Virus record (IMG/VR): IMGVR_UViG_3300021135_000003
Reading direction: 5' to 3' (one strand)
DNA: 64,000 nucleotides
Origin: a virus
Shown here: positions 52,859 through 61,357 of the stretch, one piece after another
Position numbering within the stretch: position 1 is the stretch's first letter
How the letters are laid out: each line of letters opens with the position of its first letter
Translations under genes and position numbers: made by a program
Notes under the pieces: generated by a model
Databases searched by the model: none
What the model was told of the DNA's origin: nothing
Seen by the model: only the letters and a program-made list of their open reading frames with translations

Positions 52859-55800
52859 TGTTTTATACAGGTATAGTTGAAAATCGCTCAGATCCTTTAC
52901 AACTTGGTCGATGCCAAGTTCGTATTGTAGGATTGCATACTCACGATAAAACGCAACTACCAACAAATGACTTACCATGGGCAACTCCGATTCAGCCAGT
53001 AGGTTCTGCTGCGATGAATGGTATTGGCTCAACCCCAGTTGGTCCAGTTGAAGGTACAACTGTTATTATTATGTTTGCTGATGATTCGATGCAGCAACCA
53101 TTAATATTTGGTACTGTTGGTGGTATACCACAAAACCCAATTGCTATTTCTGATGATGATAGTGGAACTGCTATCCAAGAATATAGAACAAAAGATATTG
53201 TATTAAGAACTATTGTTGGACCAGTTTCTGGTAAACAATTAACTTTTTATGATCCAGAAAATGGATCTACAAATTTAACGACGCCACTAAAAGCCAATAT
53301 GAAAGTTGTTGGTTTTGGATTATCTCAAAATTGTTATATTGTTACAATTGATTCACCAACTCAGATTACAATTAGTGAAGAAGTTAGTGGTTATACTGAA
53401 AACATTATTACATTTAAAGATCCTCCTTCTAACTTAGATGCAGTAAATTCAAGTAAAGTTCAGGGAGTTGTAACCACAAGTACTGGACAACCTATATTAG
53501 ATAGTTCTGGACAACCAGTAAAATCTGCTCAACCTGATGCATCAGCAACAACTGCTGCGCCAGTTACTCAATCTAATACTAATATATCAATTCCAACAGT
53601 TCCGCCACCAAAATCATCTTCAAACTCTAGTAAAGCATCTGATGGTATTAAAGCACTTATTGCTGCATGCGACAAAGTTGGTTTAACAACAAAAGAACAA
53701 AAATGTGCATTACTTGGTATTGCTGGTGGTGAGTCTGGTTGGATTCCTCAATTAGAAGGTTTTAATTATAGCGAATCTAGATTAAAACAAATTTTCTCTT
53801 TTGCAACAGACGCTACTGCGGCACAATATGCCAATGCGCAAAAGAAAGGTCTTACAAGAGAACAATTTTTCTCTTGGGTTTATGGTCCATCAACTCGTGG
53901 TAAAGGTTTCTTAGGAAATCAAACAGACGAGGATGGTGGTAAATATTATGGACGTGGTTTTATTCAGTTGACTGGTAAAGCGAACTACGCAAAATATCAG
54001 AAGATGGCAAATGCCATGGGATTAACTCTTGATTTAATTAATAATCCTGATTCTCTTGATAGTGATATTAATGTATCAGCATTAGTTGCTGCTTTGTATA
54101 TTAAAGATCGTGTTCCAAAGGGAACTTCACCAACCGACCATCCTGGATATTTCTTTGCTGCTAAAAAATCTGTTGGTGTTAATTCTCCAGATATCGCAGC
54201 ACGTAAATTAGATTACTACCAATATTTTTATGGAGCACAAGCAACAGGCTCAGTAGATAAAGATGCTGGAACTCCAACACCTGAGCCACCAGCAGATGGA
54301 TCTAGTCCAACTCCTGGACCATCACCAGAAAGTGTTGCTCGTGGTACTGATAATACTGGATTTAGAGATCCAAATAATAAGTATCCACTAAAAGATTATA
54401 TCAATGAACCAGATACTAATCGTTTAGCACGTGGCATTATTGATGGTACTATTGTTGCTAAGAAAGATGCAAATAGAAGATTGGGTGTTCCATTAGCAAA
54501 TGGCGAAGGCTCTTGGGATCAACCAATGCCAGCATATGGTGCAAAGTATCCATACAATAAAGTATTAGAAACTGAATCAGGTCACGTTCAAGAGTTTGAT
54601 GATACACCAGGACAAGAACGTATCCATACTTATCATAGAGCAGGAACATATACTGAAGTAGATCCTAATGGGTCACAGACTAATTATATTATTGGTGAAA
54701 ACTTTATAATTATGGAACGTAATGGTTTTATTCACGTTGGCGGAGACTGTAACCTTACTGTTGAAGGTAATGCTAATATTTACGCAAGAACTGACGCTAA
54801 TGTTCAGGTAGAAGGTAATGCTACTTTAACTGTGGGTAATAATTTATCAATTGGTGTTGCCAATGATTTAGATATTGCTGTTGGTGGTGATATGCAAATT
54901 AAAGCAGCTGGTAGTTTGCATATTGCAGCGGATAATATGACTGCTAAATCTGCTAATAATTTATTATTCCAAGCAGGACAAGGCACAAGCATTAAATCAA
55001 ACGCACTTCAGTTAGAATCTTCTTCTGATATGAATATTAAATCAGGCGCAACTCTTAATGCTGATTATGCAACAGGTAATTTTGGTAATGGTGCTTCTGG
55101 TGGTCAAGATGTTGCTGACTTTGATTTACCACCTCCACCTGCTGGAGATCCAGTTGATCCAGTTGTTCCTCAATTACAACCACCAGATCGTCAAACTGAA
55201 GAATTAGCTTCTGCTGAAACACCAGAAGATTATGCTACTCCAGAAGGACGTAAGTTTAATAATGATCAAGCTCAATCTACTGGTGTTCCAAATGCACCAC
55301 CTCCTGTAGCTTCTGAAACTCCAGCATCCCCTTCTGGTGGTAAAGATAGTAAAATTCCTGTTGATTGTCAAGTTATTTACAATACAACAAACTTTACTAA
55401 CGATTATAGAATGTCCAAAAACTTTACGCTTGGTATGTTAATATCAGGTGGCTTAACTGGACCACATAAACTTGTTGATCAAGTGCTTAAAGATACAGCA
55501 AGTAGTCCAGAACGTGTATATAAAGTTCAAGAAATTGTTTGTAACTTGGCCACTGCTGCTCAAAATGTACTTGAACCATACCTAGATGTTCTTCCAGGTG
55601 GTATTGGTGGATACGGTAAACAGTGGACAATCAGTTCAGGATACCGTTTAAAAGGTGTTGTTAAAACTGAAAGTCCAACATCTGATCACTGTAAAGGTCA
55701 TTGTTTTGATGTTGCTTTATTATTACCTGATCGTTTTAATAAAACATATCAGCTTGTTCAACAGTTAGAGAAACTTATTAATTATGATCAGATTATTTTA

Positions 55801-55971
55801 GAATATCGCTATAAAGATCAAGTTTGGATTCATACTGGTTATAAACCTACAGGAAATCGTAAAATGGCATTTACTATGGTAAACGATAAAGTCTACCAAA
55901 GAGATTCCAAAGGCATGCCTTCTGGATTTGTTCTTCTCGATAATGGTGCACCACCACAGGAAAAGAAATAA
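52858..55971 (+). CDS. 5: Baseplate hub / spike gp5 with GH19-like and M15-peptidase-like domains
   Basis: GIVENRSDPLQLGRCQVR, LPWA, YYGRGFIQLTG, YPYNKV.ETESGH..EFDDTPG.ERI, ISSGYR..SDH..G..FD..WIH. Confidence 0.88.
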   Translation: MFYTGIVENRSDPLQLGRCQVRIVGLHTHDKTQLPTNDLPWATPIQPVGSAAMNGIGSTPVGPVEGTTVIIMFADDSMQQPLIFGTVGGIPQNPIAISDDDSGTAIQEYRTKDIVLRTIVGPVSGKQLTFYDPENGSTNLTTPLKANMKVVGFGLSQNCYIVTIDSPTQITISEEVSGYTENIITFKDPPSNLDAVNSSKVQGVVTTSTGQPILDSSGQPVKSAQPDASATTAAPVTQSNTNISIPTVPPPKSSSNSSKASDGIKALIAACDKVGLTTKEQKCALLGIAGGESGWIPQLEGFNYSESRLKQIFSFATDATAAQYANAQKKGLTREQFFSWVYGPSTRGKGFLGNQTDEDGGKYYGRGFIQLTGKANYAKYQKMANAMGLTLDLINNPDSLDSDINVSALVAALYIKDRVPKGTSPTDHPGYFFAAKKSVGVNSPDIAARKLDYYQYFYGAQATGSVDKDAGTPTPEPPADGSSPTPGPSPESVARGTDNTGFRDPNNKYPLKDYINEPDTNRLARGIIDGTIVAKKDANRRLGVPLANGEGSWDQPMPAYGAKYPYNKVLETESGHVQEFDDTPGQERIHTYHRAGTYTEVDPNGSQTNYIIGENFIIMERNGFIHVGGDCNLTVEGNANIYARTDANVQVEGNATLTVGNNLSIGVANDLDIAVGGDMQIKAAGSLHIAADNMTAKSANNLLFQAGQGTSIKSNALQLESSSDMNIKSGATLNADYATGNFGNGASGGQDVADFDLPPPPAGDPVDPVVPQLQPPDRQTEELASAETPEDYATPEGRKFNNDQAQSTGVPNAPPPVASETPASPSGGKDSKIPVDCQVIYNTTNFTNDYRMSKNFTLGMLISGGLTGPHKLVDQVLKDTASSPERVYKVQEIVCNLATAAQNVLEPYLDVLPGGIGGYGKQWTISSGYRLKGVVKTESPTSDHCKGHCFDVALLLPDRFNKTYQLVQQLEKLINYDQIILEYRYKDQVWIHTGYKPTGNRKMAFTMVNDKVYQRDSKGMPSGFVLLDNGAPPQEKK

Positions 55972-56270
55972 TGCCAGCATTGACTTATAAGGGTGCTTTA
56001 TCTGCTGGAGCTGATGGTGGTCCAGCAACACCTCTTACCCATAAAAATCAATGTACTAAAAGTTTTGTTGCAGAAGGTTTAATTGGAGTGGTTGGTGATC
56101 AATTTGAACAACATACTGCAAATAGATCTGTTCATCAGGATGCATTGAGACAAATAACTTCTGGTGCATCTAAAACATATTTTGAGGGATTTTTGGCAGC
56201 AAGAATTAATGATCCAATTGCAGACGGGGATTATGTAAATCAAGGTTCTGCAAAGACATCAGTAGAATAA
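55971..56270 (+). CDS. PAAR-like spike tip (gp5.4-like)
   Basis: GD....H...H, LAARIND, QGS; directly after gp5. Confidence 0.7.
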   Translation: MPALTYKGALSAGADGGPATPLTHKNQCTKSFVAEGLIGVVGDQFEQHTANRSVHQDALRQITSGASKTYFEGFLAARINDPIADGDYVNQGSAKTSVE

Positions 56271-56283
56271 CCTAAATAAACAT

Positions 56284-56676
56284 ATGGCAAAGAATACCCG
56301 ATTATTTTCAGATTTAGATTTAAATTTCACGTTAAATCCAGTGACTCACGATGTAACACGTAGATATGATGAAGATGCGATTAAAACTGCATTAAAAAAT
56401 CTAATTCTTACTGCTAATTATGAAAGACCTTTCCATAGCGAAATCGGCAGTCCAATTAAAAAATTGCTATTTGAACCAGCAACACCAATGCTTGGTGCTA
56501 TGCTAAAAAGAGCAATTACAGATACTATTGATAGTTTTGAGCCAAGAGTAAGCATTATTGATATTGTTGTTGTAACAAATGAAGATGATTACTCTATTGA
56601 CGTTTCGATTGAATTTACTATACTCAATACTACTGCTCCAATAACGCTAGATTTAACTCTACAGAGAACACGATAA
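56284..56676 (+). CDS. 25: Baseplate wedge gp25
   Basis: FSDLDLNF, AIK...NLILT...ERPF...IGS, FEPRV. Confidence 0.92.
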   Translation: MAKNTRLFSDLDLNFTLNPVTHDVTRRYDEDAIKTALKNLILTANYERPFHSEIGSPIKKLLFEPATPMLGAMLKRAITDTIDSFEPRVSIIDIVVVTNEDDYSIDVSIEFTILNTTAPITLDLTLQRTR

Positions 56677-56677
56677 G

Positions 56678-58513
56678 ATGGCAACCTCTAACAAAAAAAT
56701 TAATGTTACTGATCTAGACTTTGATCAGATAAAAACCAATTTAAAAACATTTTTAAGCGGACAATCAGAATTTCAAGATTATGATTTTGAAGGTTCTGCT
56801 ATGTCGGTTTTATTAGACGTCTTAGCATATAACACACATTATAATGCACTGTATAATAACATGGCAATTAATGAGATGTTTTTAGATTCTGCTCGTAAAC
56901 GTAATAGCGTAGTTTCTCTTTCCAAGATGCTTGGATATTCGCCACGTTCTGCCACATCATCTCAAGCAACAGTTACTGTTACAGTTAATACAAATAACCC
57001 AGCAGCAAATACATTAGTTCTACCAGCATATAGTCAATTTAATACTACAATTGATGGTAAAAATTATACTTTCTTTAATAGAGGTTCTGTTGCTGCAACT
57101 AGCAGTACTGGTATTTTTACTTTTCAAAATATTGTAATTACAGAAGGTACTCCACTAACATATAACTATACAGTTGACAGTGGAACTCGTTTTATTATTC
57201 CTAATTCAAATATTGATTTAAATACATTAACAGTTCGTGTTCAGGAATCGCAGTCATCATCAATATTCGAAACCTTTTATCAGGCAGATAGTTTAATTAA
57301 TGTTGATTCTGTAAGTAAAGTATATTGGGTAAAAGAAATTGATGATGGTTTATATGAATTAACATTTGGTGATGGCAATCTTGGTATAGCATTATCCACT
57401 GGTAATGTGGTTCGTTTAAATTATTTTTCATCAAGTTTAGATGCTCCAAATGGCGCAAGAGTATTTACGTATTCTGGTGGATCACTGGGTGTTGGCGCTA
57501 CTATAAGTGTAGTAACAACTGGTATTGCATCAAATGGTGCTGCTCCAGAAGATATTGATTCTATTCGTTTTAATGCACCAAGAATGTATGCTTCACAAAA
57601 TCGTGCAGTTACACCTGACGATTATAAAGCACTTGTATACTCTTTATTCTCTGATGCTGCCTCAGTTTCTTGTTGGGGTGGCGAGGATAATAATCCTCCA
57701 GTATATGGTAAAGTATATCTCTGCGTTAAACCAAAAGATGCTGATAAACTAACAACTACACAAAAATCTCAACTTACTTCAAGTATTCTACAATCAAGAA
57801 ATGTGGTTTCAGTAATTCCAGTTATTGTTGATCCAGAATATATTAATATTGCTATCACATCAACTGTTTATTATAATGAACAGGCTACTACAAAAACTGC
57901 TTCTGACATCGCATCATTAGTTACAAATACAATTAATGCGTATGACGTTAATGAACTTGATCGTTTTGATGGCGTGTTTAGATATTCTAAATTAAGTCGT
58001 TTGATTGACGCAAGCGATCCATCAATCACAAATAATATTACAACTATTCTATTGCGTAGAGCATTAATTGTTCGCTATAATACCTCTGCACAATACCTTC
58101 TAAATATGATTAATCCTATTTGGAGCTCTGGTCAACCAGAAGAATCATTTAAGAGTACTGGTTTTTATATCGCAGGTAGCGATGAATTACATTACCTTGA
58201 TGATGATGGTGTTCAATATGTTCGTTTATTTAAATATGGACAAAATGGTATTAAAATAATTGTTAATGGTTCTATTGGAACTATTGACTACGCAAACGGT
58301 ATCGTGGATATTAGAAATTTAAACATTACGGGTCTTGCTAACGTAGACTTAGAAATTTCTATTCGCCCATTATCTAATGACGTAGTTTCAGCATTAACAC
58401 AAATCGCACATATTCCTCCAGAACATTTAAAAATTACAGCAATTCCTGATCCAACTGCTTCTGGTGATCTACGTGGTGGTTATAACTATACATTTACTTC
58501 TAGTCGTTCATAA
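56678..58513 (+). CDS. 6: Baseplate wedge gp6
   Basis: LDFDQIK.NL, DYDFEGS, LAYNTHY, FGDG, QNRAVT..DY, WGGEDN.PP.YGKV. Confidence 0.92.
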   Translation: MATSNKKINVTDLDFDQIKTNLKTFLSGQSEFQDYDFEGSAMSVLLDVLAYNTHYNALYNNMAINEMFLDSARKRNSVVSLSKMLGYSPRSATSSQATVTVTVNTNNPAANTLVLPAYSQFNTTIDGKNYTFFNRGSVAATSSTGIFTFQNIVITEGTPLTYNYTVDSGTRFIIPNSNIDLNTLTVRVQESQSSSIFETFYQADSLINVDSVSKVYWVKEIDDGLYELTFGDGNLGIALSTGNVVRLNYFSSSLDAPNGARVFTYSGGSLGVGATISVVTTGIASNGAAPEDIDSIRFNAPRMYASQNRAVTPDDYKALVYSLFSDAASVSCWGGEDNNPPVYGKVYLCVKPKDADKLTTTQKSQLTSSILQSRNVVSVIPVIVDPEYINIAITSTVYYNEQATTKTASDIASLVTNTINAYDVNELDRFDGVFRYSKLSRLIDASDPSITNNITTILLRRALIVRYNTSAQYLLNMINPIWSSGQPEESFKSTGFYIAGSDELHYLDDDGVQYVRLFKYGQNGIKIIVNGSIGTIDYANGIVDIRNLNITGLANVDLEISIRPLSNDVVSALTQIAHIPPEHLKITAIPDPTASGDLRGGYNYTFTSSRS

Positions 58514-60876
58514 TGATTACAAGACCTAAAGTTTCATCGATAGTAGCATCACAGCTACCTGAATTTATCAGGGATGACTATCAAACATTCGTTGATTTTT
58601 TAAAAGCATATTATGAATTTTTAGAAAGTACGCAACAGGATCCAATATCTTTACGAGATTTAGATACCACACTTGATACATTTATTACATATTTTAAGTC
58701 TGAACTTGCTACAAGTTTACCATATTCTACAGTTGACGAAAGATTTTTATTAAGTAAAATTAAAGATTTATATCTAGCAAAGGGTAGTGAAGCGTCGTTT
58801 AGATTATTGTTTAGAATTCTTTTTAATAAAACTATTGAACTTGATTATCCTGCAACTCAAATGTTGCGTGCTTCGGATGGTAAATGGAATCAAGACGTTT
58901 CCGTATTCGTTAATATCCTTGTTGGTAAACCAGAGGATATTGTTGGTAAATTAGTTGATGTAGTAACACAAACTAAAATTATTCGTGTTCTTATTGATCG
59001 CCGTCAGTATGTTGAGGTTGAAGTTGATCGTGCAATTAGAATATCAAATAATTTATACGAGTTAATTCTTGATAGACGTTTCTTTGGTACAATTTCAGTT
59101 GGTGATACTTTACGCTATATTGATCCAGCAACTAATCAATTGGTATTCAATGCTCAGATATTACCAACTACTTCAAACTTAATTGTTGAGAAACCTGGAT
59201 CTGGTTTTAAAGTAGGCGACCTCTATAATATCAACAACTATAATGGTTATGGAACCATTATGAAAGTTTCTGCTGTTGATGCGAATGGTGGTATTGCTCT
59301 TGGTCAGTTTATTAAATATGGTACTGGATATACAACAGATTTTACTACAACAATTTCTGCCACTTCTGGACAAGACGTAGCTGGAACTGCTGGTACTATT
59401 ATTCAACGTGTTGATACATTCCTTGCGCCAGCAAATAAAACTGTTAATCTTACTATTACAGAATCATTAAATGGATTTGCTGAATCTGGATCTCTTAATA
59501 CTGCTGATTATAACTTAGAAAGTTCAGCTGAAATTGCTGCAGATATTGCATCATATGGCGTTCAAAAGGGTAACTTCTTTGATGGTGCATATGCTGGTAT
59601 TACACTTCGTGAATTTGGTATTACTAATATCGATTCTCAAGTAACTACTACTGATCCTGCAATTATTAAAGTAACTCTTGGACCATTGGCAAAATATCCA
59701 GGTTACTATGTTAACAACGATGGATTCTTAGATGATGCGGTATTTATTCAAGATAGTAAATACTATCAAGCATTCTCATATGTTATTAAAATTGATCAAG
59801 CATTAGATTCTTACAAAACAATTGTTAAGAATTTAATTCACCCAGCTGGTACTCAGGTATTTGGTGAATACGATATTCGTAATGAATTTTCAATCGGTAC
59901 AGCTTTAGAATCATTAATTAAAATCCTTTCTGTTACATTAAATGATAGTGTTATTACAGATTCAGGAAATGATGTTACTGATCTAACTCGTGTTAATCCT
60001 GTCTTTAATGTTCCTACTGGAACACTATTAAGTGGTTCTTCTGCTGGTATATTGAAGCCAATTGATGATACAGTTTTAAATAATGATGGTAGTCAAGATA
60101 ATCAAACAGTTACCATGGTTGAAACTGGTATTGCATTAGATTCAACAAGAACTATGCCTTACCTAGTAACATCAAAACCAATTGATGATACAGGTAATAA
60201 TAAATTAAATGATGGCAGCACAGTCGATACGTTCTACGTAACTATGACTGATAATGGTACTAATTTTATTGCATTAAGCGGAACTTTATTAACTGGTTCT
60301 GATGCTGGTGTATTAAAAACTTTAGACCAAACTCATATAATAAATGATGGTGTCACAATTGACAACGAGTCTGTAGTATTAGGTGATGGTGGTGATATTC
60401 AAGATTTGACTAGAACTAACCTAGCATTTACCAATACTAAATTACTTGATTCCACTCACTATTTAAATGATGGAACTACATTAGATTCAGAATCTGTGAC
60501 TATGTCTGAACCAACTTACACCAACTCTGATGGTGTAAGTGGACGTTATGGTATTAGTACATATTCAGTTTCTAAAACTATTGATTCAACATCTTTTGTT
60601 CACTATTTGTATGATAACTCAACTGCAGATAGCGATACAATTACACCATTAGATACAGACGCCACAAGTTCTACTGACCTAAATAGAACGACACCTGCGT
60701 TTGCGTTAACTACCACATTTGGTTTATTGCTAAATGATGGTATTACTTCTGATACAAATACTGCCACTCCAACAGATAGTGGCGGTACTATGGACGTAAA
60801 CCCATATGGAGAAGCTGGTTATTTCTTAAATGACAATGGCTTATACGTAGGAAACCCAATAACCTTTACTGGATAA
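58513..60876 (+). CDS. Baseplate wedge gp7-like structural protein
   Basis: QLPEFIR.DY..FV.FLKAYYEF, KG.EASF..LFRILF, QDS.YYQ.FSY, HPAG...FG; Asp/Thr-rich repeats. Confidence 0.75.
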   Translation: MITRPKVSSIVASQLPEFIRDDYQTFVDFLKAYYEFLESTQQDPISLRDLDTTLDTFITYFKSELATSLPYSTVDERFLLSKIKDLYLAKGSEASFRLLFRILFNKTIELDYPATQMLRASDGKWNQDVSVFVNILVGKPEDIVGKLVDVVTQTKIIRVLIDRRQYVEVEVDRAIRISNNLYELILDRRFFGTISVGDTLRYIDPATNQLVFNAQILPTTSNLIVEKPGSGFKVGDLYNINNYNGYGTIMKVSAVDANGGIALGQFIKYGTGYTTDFTTTISATSGQDVAGTAGTIIQRVDTFLAPANKTVNLTITESLNGFAESGSLNTADYNLESSAEIAADIASYGVQKGNFFDGAYAGITLREFGITNIDSQVTTTDPAIIKVTLGPLAKYPGYYVNNDGFLDDAVFIQDSKYYQAFSYVIKIDQALDSYKTIVKNLIHPAGTQVFGEYDIRNEFSIGTALESLIKILSVTLNDSVITDSGNDVTDLTRVNPVFNVPTGTLLSGSSAGILKPIDDTVLNNDGSQDNQTVTMVETGIALDSTRTMPYLVTSKPIDDTGNNKLNDGSTVDTFYVTMTDNGTNFIALSGTLLTGSDAGVLKTLDQTHIINDGVTIDNESVVLGDGGDIQDLTRTNLAFTNTKLLDSTHYLNDGTTLDSESVTMSEPTYTNSDGVSGRYGISTYSVSKTIDSTSFVHYLYDNSTADSDTITPLDTDATSSTDLNRTTPAFALTTTFGLLLNDGITSDTNTATPTDSGGTMDVNPYGEAGYFLNDNGLYVGNPITFTG

Positions 60877-60888
60877 ATAGGAGATTTT

Positions 60889-61341
60889 ATGAAAATCAAA
60901 AAACAAGACGAATTGTTAGCAACTGGGCAAGTACTAATTCAGTTGTTAGATTCAAATGGTAATTTAAAAGAAGAACACAAAGTTAAAAACTTAGTTGTTA
61001 CAACTGGTAAAACTTATATTGCCAACCGTATGCAAGGTTCTGGCGTTGCTACTGTAATGGGCTGGATGGCCATTGGTACTAACACTACTACTCCTGCTGT
61101 TGCCAATACTGCGCTTGGTACTGAAGCTGGACGTGTTACATTAGCATCCTTTACTTCTTCTGGTGCTCAAGTTACTGCTACTGCTACATTCCCAGCAGGT
61201 ACTGGTACTGGTGCTATTACTGAAGCTGGTATTTTTAATGCAAGCTCATCAGGCACTATGCTTTGCCGCACTACATTCCCAGTTGTTAACAAAGCAGCTG
61301 GCGACTCTATTGCTGTTACTTGGGTAGTTACAGTAAGTTAA
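60889..61341 (+). CDS. Virion structural protein
   Basis: NLVVTTG, MAIGT, F.AG.GTGAITEAGIFNA, TW.VT. Confidence 0.7.
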   Translation: MKIKKQDELLATGQVLIQLLDSNGNLKEEHKVKNLVVTTGKTYIANRMQGSGVATVMGWMAIGTNTTTPAVANTALGTEAGRVTLASFTSSGAQVTATATFPAGTGTGAITEAGIFNASSSGTMLCRTTFPVVNKAAGDSIAVTWVVTVS

Positions 61342-61357
61342 TTTTTAGGTAAAATAA

